Positions 33,671-42,582 of a stretch of DNA of 55,682 bases are shown one piece after another. The number at the start of each line of letters is the position of its first letter. Within the stretch, counting starts at the first letter, position 1. Origin of the DNA: an uncultured virus (IMG/VR IMGVR_UViG_3300025141_012107) (Duplodnaviria; Heunggongvirae; Uroviricota; Caudoviricetes); the IMG/VR virus record IMGVR_UViG_3300025141_012107, one strand, 5' to 3'. The notes beneath the pieces were generated by a model, which had not been told where the DNA came from, did no database searches, and was given only the letters and a program-made list of their open reading frames with translations. The position numbers and the translations under genes are program-made.

Positions 33671-34235
33671 TGGGGTTTGCTTGAATTTACTTTGGAGACG
33701 ACAAGAGAAAAGTGCTACGGCGTCACGCCGTAGACAAATAATGCTCTTCACTTGTCAAAGAAACTGAGTTTTTTAATGTCTGAAGAAGTAGTTCCCCACT
33801 TTCCAGCGCAAAAGAGAAAGCCCGATTTACCTGGGCCACGGTTCCTTGTCCCCCTGCGGGGGCAGTATGACCGTGACCCGGCTGTTCGGGTTCGCCATGG
33901 ACTGGATGTTGATTTGCGAGACGCATTGTTCTTTTCCATTCCGTCACTACTTTGCGACGACTATCTATTTCAGCAAGGCATTATACCTTACCTTCTTTAT
34001 ATTGCAACCCCCTAAATTGCGGCTGCAACAATTATTTTTGCAGCGGAGGTTTTATAAATCTCCCAGGCGGGTCTGAGTTGCCCCTGCCGATCTTTGTAGG
34101 CGGGACCTCCGCTGTGGGCGGCTCGTTTTTATCCTATCGGATATACGAGTCAAACCGCTTTAATCGCCTCTGCACCTTTTTTAGGCGTCAGCAGGACTCT
34201 CAGTTTCATTCGCTTCGTTTTTACGAAGCTGATCA

Positions 34236-34310
34236 ATAACGGACTGAGGATCGAACTCAGATTGATGGCGTATGAAACCACCCAGATCACCAAGACCTAG
34301 CCTCCCGTTA
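34236..34310 (-). tRNA. tRNA(CAT)-like with atypical D region
   Basis: Acceptor TAACGGG/TCCGTTA; loop TTCATAC; T arm CTGAG-TTCGATC-CTCAG. Confidence 0.6.
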
Positions 34311-34320
34311 AGTTTTCAAG

Positions 34321-34395
34321 TAGCGATGGCAGGATTTGAACCTGCGGCCCCTCCCGTATGAAGGGAATGCTCTGTCCAGACTGAGCTACATCGCC
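34321..34395 (-). tRNA. tRNA-Met/Ile2(CAT)
   Basis: Cloverleaf; loop TTCATAC; G1-U72. Confidence 0.9.
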
Positions 34396-34627
34396 AAATT
34401 GCTCGGTGAACTTGCCGGTCCTTGTTCGTGTCAAGCGAACCCGAGCGAATTCGTGTGTTTCGGCAGGAATCTCGCCTGCGACATCAAATAATATTCCCAT
34501 ATCCGATTTGATGCTCATGGCTATATGGATCGTCTTGTCTGATCCTCTCGGCCTTGGGAACTGGCCTGCCATATCTACACACTTAATTACATCGACCATT
34601 ATAAAATCCTTCTTTAATCTGTCAACC

Positions 34628-34978
34628 CTAGTCTCGAATATATCCACCAGATTTTTCCAGCCACTTGCCCCACTCCAATACCCATAACCAGAAAACCTTT
34701 AGTTCTGCCTTCATTTTCCCTTCTTTTTCCAGTCTTTCATGCAGCTTGCGACATCTGTCAAATCCGAAGCCATCAATCTTCTTAACAACCAACTTTGCCT
34801 GCCATTCGTTCAACTCAGCCAATGCCGAAGGCTTTGAACAATCTTCCTCAACATAGCTTTTAACTTCGTAGCAGACCCCAAGCTCCTGATGAAGATAGCC
34901 CAACATCTCCCAACTCATATCATTTGGACGATAAGTTTCAACGTCTTCATTGTTCGGTCTGAGTTTTATTGCGCTCAC
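34628..34978 (-). CDS. Hypothetical protein
   Basis: 116-aa ORF. Confidence 0.55.
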   Translation of the reverse strand: MSAIKLRPNNEDVETYRPNDMSWEMLGYLHQELGVCYEVKSYVEEDCSKPSALAELNEWQAKLVVKKIDGFGFDRCRKLHERLEKEGKMKAELKVFWLWVLEWGKWLEKSGGYIRD

Positions 34979-35189
34979 TTTTACTCCATTCCCACCAGCC
35001 GTAACAGTTGAATACTACATAGGCGAAAAACAATGTTGCCTCTGGCCACCTGGATCCAATGACGAAACATATTGCCATGATGCCTGAGGCGAAGAACCAT
35101 ATCGGCCAACACCATATATGCTTCTTACAATTGTAGTATAGTCCTACAAGATTCAGAACCGTTCCAAACCATAGCCAGAATTCCATCAT
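34947..35189 (-). CDS. PnuC-like small membrane protein (nicotinamide riboside transporter-like half)
   Basis: Three transmembrane helices; WCWPIW and YGWWEW motifs. Confidence 0.6.
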   Translation of the reverse strand: MMEFWLWFGTVLNLVGLYYNCKKHIWCWPIWFFASGIMAICFVIGSRWPEATLFFAYVVFNCYGWWEWSKSERNKTQTEQ

Positions 35190-36415
35190 CCTGCTGCTTC
35201 TGTCGCAAAGCCTACCGTCACTTTTCTATGTCCATTCTTAGCCGATTCTCTCAAAACCTTATATTCATCGAGAGCCGACATAAGATCCCATCCATTTTCC
35301 TCTTCGCCTGAACATATCTTGTTACATATCATGAGCGATTGTATACTGTCAAGTTCGGCAAATGAAAAGCCTTCTGAAAATTCGACGATGTAGTCAACGC
35401 CTCTCTGACATTCGTTCACCTTCTTGTTCATAAGATACGACACGATTTCTTCATGCCACCACTCTGTAACCAGACGATACCTCAACGAACCATCAGGAGG
35501 ATCGAAATTGAATATGCAGTCGATACGACCAGGACGACTAAACGCTTTGTCAATAGACTTTACGTCCTCATTGGTCGTAAAAACCCTCAGCATTGATCGG
35601 CTTTTATCCAGTCCATCCAAGGCACTCAAGATAGCACACGCTAAGCTACCTTTACCTTGGGACCTGTCCAGATGCGTTAGCTCAATGTCGTCTACGAATA
35701 TTACGTCGCTTGAGTCGAAGATTTCCTGAACATCCTTGCCATCATTAAAATGCTTTTCTATCTCGCCGATTTTTACGATCTTCGACGACAAGCCAAACAT
35801 ATCCGCTTTCCCCTGAATGTACTGACACATCAACGTCTTGCCATTGCCGGGAGGACCTGTAAACAAAACCCCCTTCTTGAGATGCTTTGCGTACTTTTTG
35901 TACTTAGACCGGTTTTCCATCAAGGTGATGGTATTTCTTATGACGCTTGTCACTACCTCTTCGCAGAGTATGGGGCAGAGCGTGGACATGGATCTTTTCT
36001 TGTTCTGTCTTAATGCGTGTCTTTTGAGCCTGAATAGATTACCCTTCTCGACGAAAACCCTATGATACCCAGAGCTACCTACGAAAAAATAGATAACAAC
36101 ATACTTGATATCTCCGCCTCGAACCTGATAACAACTAAGACCCTCTCCTGGATATTGATTAGGTCGGTCGTGCATCCTTGAGTCTCGAAGAAAAGGTGCT
36201 CCAGGAATTCCTCTCGACTCGATACATGGATCAGATAATTCTGAATGACGATGATATTGATACCTACTAACAGTAGACCAAGCGTCTAACGCTAACACCC
36301 TATCAACTGTCGTCCCTAGCATTTTCGCAATAGTCGGCATGCTATGGGCGATGACTTCTAAATGCTTCGGCAAACATCCTATCCCCTCTTCAGGGGAGCT
36401 ACAGCAAACGCTCAT
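35186..36415 (-). CDS. AAA+ ATPase
   Basis: GPPGNGKT, IFVDD, FTTN, AFSRPGRID, GFSFAEL. Confidence 0.9.
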   Translation of the reverse strand: MSVCCSSPEEGIGCLPKHLEVIAHSMPTIAKMLGTTVDRVLALDAWSTVSRYQYHRHSELSDPCIESRGIPGAPFLRDSRMHDRPNQYPGEGLSCYQVRGGDIKYVVIYFFVGSSGYHRVFVEKGNLFRLKRHALRQNKKRSMSTLCPILCEEVVTSVIRNTITLMENRSKYKKYAKHLKKGVLFTGPPGNGKTLMCQYIQGKADMFGLSSKIVKIGEIEKHFNDGKDVQEIFDSSDVIFVDDIELTHLDRSQGKGSLACAILSALDGLDKSRSMLRVFTTNEDVKSIDKAFSRPGRIDCIFNFDPPDGSLRYRLVTEWWHEEIVSYLMNKKVNECQRGVDYIVEFSEGFSFAELDSIQSLMICNKICSGEEENGWDLMSALDEYKVLRESAKNGHRKVTVGFATEAAG

Positions 36416-36470
36416 GCTACTTCTCCTTATTTGCAGGATATTTTACCTACATTACGAACACTTAAATACA

Positions 36471-37085
36471 ATGACGCAAACATGGTATGATCAATGTATG
36501 CCTCGAATTAAGGACATCGAGCCCCACCTTCATGTTCTGGCCAAAGAACTGAAAAAGATGCCCGGCGTTAGGTCTGTCTACGCTTGGGGTTCTTACGTTG
36601 ATAACCTTAAGAAGAAAAGCTTCAGGGTTAAAGATGTTGACCTATTGGTAAAGGCTGCCTTTTATTCAGAAGACCTGATCTCTATTACCGAAGACATTAT
36701 CAATGGAAAACTCGATGAAGAAACCCTATGGAACGAAGGTTATGATTCTAATGCCGTGAAGTTTAGCAATCAATATGTCGCCCTGATTAAACAAAACATC
36801 GATCCTTGGGTTATATCTTCTAACCGGAAGCTTCTTCATTGGGGTCCTTTGTCTGCGAATAGAAAAGAATCCGACGAAGTAAAACAAGAAGCCGAAGAAC
36901 ATGCAACCAAGCTATCTGGAGTTGCACCAGATAAACTTTCTCATGCTAAAAAATCTCAAAGAGAAAATTGGTACACCGAATTTCAATGGTATCTCCTTAA
37001 TCAATATGATGATATGCCATCTGGTTGGTATCCCTCTGCCGAAAAGATAACCGATATCGTACCTCATGCTATAAGGATCGCTTGA
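36471..37085 (+). CDS. Nucleotidyltransferase-fold (MNT-like) protein
   Basis: VYAWGSY...KDVDLL; start approximate. Confidence 0.65.
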   Translation: MTQTWYDQCMPRIKDIEPHLHVLAKELKKMPGVRSVYAWGSYVDNLKKKSFRVKDVDLLVKAAFYSEDLISITEDIINGKLDEETLWNEGYDSNAVKFSNQYVALIKQNIDPWVISSNRKLLHWGPLSANRKESDEVKQEAEEHATKLSGVAPDKLSHAKKSQRENWYTEFQWYLLNQYDDMPSGWYPSAEKITDIVPHAIRIA

Positions 37086-37086
37086 T

Positions 37087-37305
37087 ATGGCCAGATGCCC
37101 TTCATATAATAAACTTCTTGACAGCGATACAGATATCGTCGTTGGAAGAGTCGCTAACGATACAAGCGATCTCTGGTCTGACTACAATGCTCTCCATAGA
37201 CGGTGGAGATGGTTGGACCGTATAGCCGATGATAAAGCAGGACCGATCTGCGAAGACGAGGTCCCGGATGAACCCGATGCTACTGAATTTACTGACCTAT
37301 CTTGA
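37087..37305 (+). CDS. Small hypothetical protein
   Basis: Coupled to the NTase gene. Confidence 0.45.
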   Translation: MARCPSYNKLLDSDTDIVVGRVANDTSDLWSDYNALHRRWRWLDRIADDKAGPICEDEVPDEPDATEFTDLS

Positions 37306-38019
37306 AAAGTGGCTGGACAACAGGTATCATCTCTCTCGACTGAGAAAGTCAACGACCCTAACAACGGCTCCATATCCCTCCTGAGTACGTTGCCATGTTG
37401 TCCGTCCAGCCCTCTTGGCCGTCCAAACAGCTACAATTTATGCTGAATGGCAGTCTCTGAAACTTTGGGTAACAAAGGTCCTGCCTTACCAAAGACGCTA
37501 CTGAATGCTCTTCCCGGTTGCAATGGGATAATGAGTCGTCAACTGATCCTGGATTGGCACTGTCTACACAGGTTGCGGACAACCCGAAGGGTCGGCGGTA
37601 AAGATCTGAAAAGATATCCGAATAATGACGTAAACAATAAAAGCCTGTCTGGCTAAGACTAACTCAGAGTGTACGAGCGGCTTACTGAAAGACAACGCTT
37701 ATCTGGCTGAGTAAAGCATTCCAGTTATCGAATGTTGGTGCGGTGGCAGATGTCTTGGGATAACTAACCGTAAAATCAAACCCAAGTCTGTACGATAATT
37801 CGTCCGATTATGACGGAGAAGTCGCCCAGATATAGCCCAAAGTCTGCGCAATGGGCATTGGGGGGCGCAGTAAAGTATGAGGGCGCAGTGGGTATATGAC
37901 AATACGCATAGGAAGCCGGGTAATTCTAAGTCTGTTCTTCAACCACCGAAAAGGTATGTGCAGTTTCTAATTATCGAGCGTCGAAGACGTTCGATTCTTG
38001 CGAGCGAAGCGAAGCAAGA

Positions 38020-38544
38020 TTATGCGACAAGACACAAATTAGGATCCAAAGCAGGGTCTGGTATTTCGTCGTCTCCATTATCATCTCGTTTCCAATAGTC
38101 TCGACGTATAATACCCTCTACCTGTTTTGCACATTGAAATGCGCTGTCTTCAATTAGTTCTTCGATAATTTCCCCTTGGTACAGCGAGGATCCAAGGAAA
38201 ATAAGCGAATATTCGTCATTCTGCTCAATATTATCTATATCTATATCTATGATGGGTTGAATGATTTTGAACACACTACCAACGACATAACCATCAATAT
38301 AGTTAAACGTCACCCCATATTCGTTTTGACCCATCTGAAAATAAGAGCATAAATCAACATCTTCCATGACCACCAATTCTCTGGCATCTTTATTTGTGTG
38401 TCCATTGAGATAACAAAAACTAATATTGCTTCCCGTATATTCAACTGGGGGAACTTCTATACTGTAATCGAAATAGAGATCGCATGTTTTGATAACATGA
38501 AGATCCCAATCCTTTGGCCATGTTTGCAGTTTGGATTTATTCAT
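38020..38544 (-). CDS. Hypothetical protein
   Basis: 174-aa ORF. Confidence 0.6.
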   Translation of the reverse strand: MNKSKLQTWPKDWDLHVIKTCDLYFDYSIEVPPVEYTGSNISFCYLNGHTNKDARELVVMEDVDLCSYFQMGQNEYGVTFNYIDGYVVGSVFKIIQPIIDIDIDNIEQNDEYSLIFLGSSLYQGEIIEELIEDSAFQCAKQVEGIIRRDYWKRDDNGDDEIPDPALDPNLCLVA

Positions 38545-38547
38545 TGT

Positions 38548-40338
38548 TCATTCTTCAATAATGAGTTCGTAGGTGTAATCGACCGCCATAGCTTGTTTAA
38601 ACCAGTTGTAAAGAACTGATGCCTTCTTGTCTTTTCTGTCCTTGAGGAATATGTGTTGCATAAGTCCAAGTAGTATTTCGTTAGTCATCTTTTCGATTGT
38701 GGCGGAGTTTTGTTTAATATCCTCTGCCGTCGATCCGTGGAATGCTAAATAACGGTCGAAAGAAGCATCTGTTTCAACAGGAAATCCTAACGTTTTTAGT
38801 ACCACATAAGCCGTACCATCTGCTTGAACCTCTCGACCCTTCTTGTCTATCTCTCCTCCGTCTTCCCCAAAATGGAACTTAGCATGAGCCAACTCATGAA
38901 CAAGGGTTCTGATGTTCTCAACCGGACCATGTCTAGGATCAACATGAATTCGAATAGGGCCTGAAGAAAACATGTTTTTAGAAGCGCTTCCATGTTCTCC
39001 GCCTTCTGTTTCTGAAAAATCCAGATTATAATCAGTATCCTTGTTTATATATGAGCTTACGACTTTGATCCAATCTTCTGAATCTTTCTCTGTCCATTGT
39101 TCATTTGCTTTGGCGGTCCACTGTTCATCACTGGATATTACCTCTGGAATGGGAACAACATTTTTAGCATTAGGATTAGGTTCTACGTCGGCGACATCCC
39201 AAACTTGGACGAGGGGATAAGAAACCCTTCCGCTGACCTTGCTTCCCTCTCCCTTTGACTTTGCTTCTTGGAGCGTATTGATTACGTCTGCAATAGTTCC
39301 GCCCCTGATTTTGCTCCAAAGGAGAGATACGATGTGTGCTTTTTGATCAGCGTAACGAAGTTCTGTTTTCGCTGCTTTCTGAACCTCTGTAATGAGCTTT
39401 TTGTTTATTCGAGTTGATGGATCCCATTGTGAAATAAATTTCAAAACATACTGGACGGCAATTGGTTTAAGTTCGGAAACATGTTCATTCCTACCGAATA
39501 TGTCTATATCTCGCCCCTCGACTCTTGCTTCAGGTTTGATTTGATAACCCTTTTTCTTCCACCGGGTTTCTCCGCCAACATATATCGCTGGACCTTCGGG
39601 ACGATGGAAGGTTTGGAAAAGAATAAGCAGTTGATTGTTTAGGCTATACTTATAAAACCCTTTCTTGAAGTCAAAGTATTGTTTGATTATTTCGGACTTA
39701 CTTGTTTCATCAACTGAATCAGCTAACTCTCCGATGATTCCGACCACATTGTCTGCAAGGGCTCCTGAGTTGTTTTCTCTTTTTGCTGCTTCTGCTCCCC
39801 ATTGTACTTTATTTGAGATTCTATCAAACAGATTCTTTTCTTCGTCAGGATCTTCAAGGGTTGGTTCTTTGATTATCCCTTCTATTTGATCAAGACCCGC
39901 AAAATCAACAGTTATGCCAAGAGATATGAGTTCTTGTCTTGTTTCTTCCAAATTGTCTGAGGTAATTTTCTTGGTGATCGCCATTTTGGTAGGAATGGGG
40001 TATCCAGTTCTTTCCTTCCAATTGTAACTATTGAACACATAATACCCATTAAGTCTTCGCAACTTACGAGATATTTCTGCAACCAACCTTTTTGCCGCCG
40101 GATCAGGAGAGCCGGTAACTGGCAAAACAGCCAACCATAAAGCACTGTTGCTGCCTGGGCTTAGCCCGGTAACTAGTTTGACATCGCTACTCTGTTCAAC
40201 TGGGGGTTGAGTCTCAGGGGTTTCGGGGACTTCTGGGACCGGAAGTTGAGGCTCAGGGGCCGGAGCCGGAACCGGAACTGGAGGTTGATCCGGGACTGGC
40301 TGAGCATTTGGATCAGTTATCTGGGCTATTTTAGTCAT
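38548..40338 (-). CDS. Polyvalent-type protein: ArdC-like N-domain plus zincin metallopeptidase (MPTase/IrrE-like)
   Basis: YKYSLNNQLLI...W.K.G; TLVHELAH...EVQADGTAYVV. Confidence 0.75.
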   Translation of the reverse strand: MTKIAQITDPNAQPVPDQPPVPVPAPAPEPQLPVPEVPETPETQPPVEQSSDVKLVTGLSPGSNSALWLAVLPVTGSPDPAAKRLVAEISRKLRRLNGYYVFNSYNWKERTGYPIPTKMAITKKITSDNLEETRQELISLGITVDFAGLDQIEGIIKEPTLEDPDEEKNLFDRISNKVQWGAEAAKRENNSGALADNVVGIIGELADSVDETSKSEIIKQYFDFKKGFYKYSLNNQLLILFQTFHRPEGPAIYVGGETRWKKKGYQIKPEARVEGRDIDIFGRNEHVSELKPIAVQYVLKFISQWDPSTRINKKLITEVQKAAKTELRYADQKAHIVSLLWSKIRGGTIADVINTLQEAKSKGEGSKVSGRVSYPLVQVWDVADVEPNPNAKNVVPIPEVISSDEQWTAKANEQWTEKDSEDWIKVVSSYINKDTDYNLDFSETEGGEHGSASKNMFSSGPIRIHVDPRHGPVENIRTLVHELAHAKFHFGEDGGEIDKKGREVQADGTAYVVLKTLGFPVETDASFDRYLAFHGSTAEDIKQNSATIEKMTNEILLGLMQHIFLKDRKDKKASVLYNWFKQAMAVDYTYELIIEE

Positions 40339-40912
40339 GTTTCCATTCCTCTTTCAGGTCATTTGCGAATGGGGCTGTAAGATCGTTGTACATAAGAAAC
40401 TCCTTGTCAGGGTTTTTGTCATATCCATCTTGGTACGCAGCGTGGTGTTCCTTCATTCGTTTGGGTATATGTCTCTTCAGAGCATCCCATAGCTGTTTAT
40501 CTTTGAACTCCCCGCAGTCATTATTACCTTCTGAGTGTTTGGCCGCATATCCTTCGCCATCGTCTGTCTTTACGAGATTCACATTGCCTTCTCGTCTGTT
40601 GGGAATATATATAAACTTTCGATCTGGACGCCCATTCTCTTTGACTTGGCATTTGAAATAGCGTACAGGACATTCCCAATCGCCACCCGCCGACCACATT
40701 TCAGCCATAACAACTAATGTATCGATATGATCTTGCTTAGGACCGTTGTCAATAGATATGTTGCGTATGTTTCCTACGCTGTCATCATTTTCCAGGTCGA
40801 AGTTGATGTTACTAGAGTCTTGTTCCATCTTGACAAAATTTCGCCAAAGAGAACGCTTTTCGTCTCCGAAGTCAAAGTCTGTCTTGTTCTTTGCTACTTT
40901 GAACCAATTCAT
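40331..40912 (-). CDS. Hypothetical protein with MNWFKVA N-terminal motif
   Basis: Coupled ORF. Confidence 0.7.
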   Translation of the reverse strand: MNWFKVAKNKTDFDFGDEKRSLWRNFVKMEQDSSNINFDLENDDSVGNIRNISIDNGPKQDHIDTLVVMAEMWSAGGDWECPVRYFKCQVKENGRPDRKFIYIPNRREGNVNLVKTDDGEGYAAKHSEGNNDCGEFKDKQLWDALKRHIPKRMKEHHAAYQDGYDKNPDKEFLMYNDLTAPFANDLKEEWKHD

Positions 40913-41541
40913 CTAAACGCCACCGCATTGGGGTCAACGCCAGACATCCTTCTGTACTCCCTCATAGCCATGGGGTTGCCATCACTCAATACGGCCCAAG
41001 GAACATCGTCAAACCACTGGTCATTAGACATAACGTATATCGAGAACTTGGTTTGTTCAGCCTCTTCTTGGTAAGCATCCCACAGGCCATGCCCAATGCT
41101 ATTAATATCTCCTGATGTAAGACTCCATGTTTCAACATTGCTTCCTTGAACCCTCTTCCATCCCCACGCTTTCATAGCATACAGACGCACATCTCCCATG
41201 CCTTCTGCCATTTGGTATTCTTCATCGCTTACTTGAAGTTCTCGCAAAACTTCCATGAGAACATCCTCTTCGTCGTGATTTTCCCACTGATCTTCGGGAA
41301 TCCCCTTCTCAGAGAGATGCTCTTGAACCGCTGCCTGCTTCCACTGTTCCCACAATTCGTCATATGGTTCATCATCGTATTGGTTGATATCAATGCCGGA
41401 ACTGGACATGATAGAGTTCCGAGCGTTGAATATGGCCTCTCCCTCATGATTTGTGTCCCCAATATCTCCGTCCGCAAAAATAGCGACACTATCTTGTATC
41501 CACCACTCTCCCTGAACTGCTATCTTTGCAAACCAATTCAT
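40909..41541 (-). CDS. Hypothetical protein with MNWFAKIA N-terminal motif
   Basis: Coupled ORF. Confidence 0.7.
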   Translation of the reverse strand: MNWFAKIAVQGEWWIQDSVAIFADGDIGDTNHEGEAIFNARNSIMSSSGIDINQYDDEPYDELWEQWKQAAVQEHLSEKGIPEDQWENHDEEDVLMEVLRELQVSDEEYQMAEGMGDVRLYAMKAWGWKRVQGSNVETWSLTSGDINSIGHGLWDAYQEEAEQTKFSIYVMSNDQWFDDVPWAVLSDGNPMAMREYRRMSGVDPNAVAFR

Positions 41542-42380
41542 TAGCCCGTTTCCGTAGATACTGCCAAATACCAGTTCCCCGCTATGCGACGGAGCAGAAC
41601 AGGGACGCCACCTATGTTTGAGGCTGCCGATTCTTGGACAGTGCCAGATGTGGCTTCCTTTACAAGCATTGCGTTTTCAGAACTCAAGGCAATTGGGAAG
41701 CCTTTCCATAGAAAACTGTCAGTTGCAGTTAACGAAGCCGTACTAGCAACACTCAGGGCAAAAAGGCCACTGGTTATTCGCAGTCTCATTTCGTTACCTT
41801 GCAGGTAAAGAGAAACATCTGTAGACGAAGTCCCGGTCAAAGAAACAACCATAGGAGCGAATAATCCGCTAGGACCTTTGGCTAAACTTATGGGCATCCC
41901 GCTAACTGTTATCTTTTCGCTTGTCGCCGTAAAGTCTGAACCGGCATAGGCAATTCCTAAAGAATGGCTGCCATCAGAGTTTTGAACAGTGGCTACATCT
42001 ACGTTTCCGAATACAGCACCATTGTTTACAACAGTAACAGTGGCTCCTCCAGAAGATGAGCTAGAGCTAGATGATGACGATGATGTTGATGACGAAGACG
42101 TAGATGACGAAGATGATGAAGACGTAGATGATGAAGACGTAGATGATGAAGACGTCGAAGACGTAGACGATGTTTCCGTTGTGGACGACGATGAGCTTTC
42201 GGTGGACGCAGAAGAGTTGTCATCAGCGCCGCTCCCGCTCCCAATATCTGCCGACGACGACGATGATGACGTCGTGGGCGTCGTACTTGATGACGATGTG
42301 GGCGTCGTACTTGATGACGAAGGTGAACTCGTACTGGAACTACTGTTGTCGTCTGGTGCCGCACTGCCGCTACCGCTCAT
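41541..42380 (-). CDS. Ser/Thr-rich low-complexity protein with beta-rich C-terminal domain
   Basis: About 110-aa S/T tract followed by a globular region; GGGAG RBS. Confidence 0.7.
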   Translation of the reverse strand: MSGSGSAAPDDNSSSSTSSPSSSSTTPTSSSSTTPTTSSSSSSADIGSGSGADDNSSASTESSSSSTTETSSTSSTSSSSTSSSSTSSSSSSSTSSSSTSSSSSSSSSSSGGATVTVVNNGAVFGNVDVATVQNSDGSHSLGIAYAGSDFTATSEKITVSGMPISLAKGPSGLFAPMVVSLTGTSSTDVSLYLQGNEMRLRITSGLFALSVASTASLTATDSFLWKGFPIALSSENAMLVKEATSGTVQESAASNIGGVPVLLRRIAGNWYLAVSTETG

Positions 42381-42530
42381 TGGAATCTCCCGTTTGTCCG
42401 TAAAACGCTAAATAATGACTATATAACGCTTCGACAAAACAACGGGATAGTCCTGTATCCTACTTGTTAAGTGTTTTATTCATGATATAATGATTTTTGT
42501 CAACCGAAAGCCTCCTTGGTTGACAAATAG

Positions 42531-42558
42531 AAAAACCCGCTCTGTTAGGGCGGGTTTT
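42531..42558. terminator. Bidirectional intrinsic terminator
   Basis: AAAAACCCGCTCT-GTT-AGGGCGGGTTTT. Confidence 0.75.
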
Positions 42559-42582
42559 CGTTAGCAGGAGATCTCAATTTTG

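Noticed and set aside
33750..34310. Possible tmRNA, SRP RNA or 6S RNA
   Set aside because: No GGGG...CCACCA tRNA-like ends with a tag ORF, no SRP helix 8 motif and no clear 6S rod found.
34297..34647. 116-aa ORF overlapping two tRNAs
   Set aside because: The C-terminal part reads through tRNA genes. The 5' part may be real, but I cannot support the gene as called.
41989..42411. Asp-rich plus-strand ORF
   Set aside because: It is the antisense shadow of the poly-Ser tract; the minus-strand gene has an RBS and is coupled to its operon.
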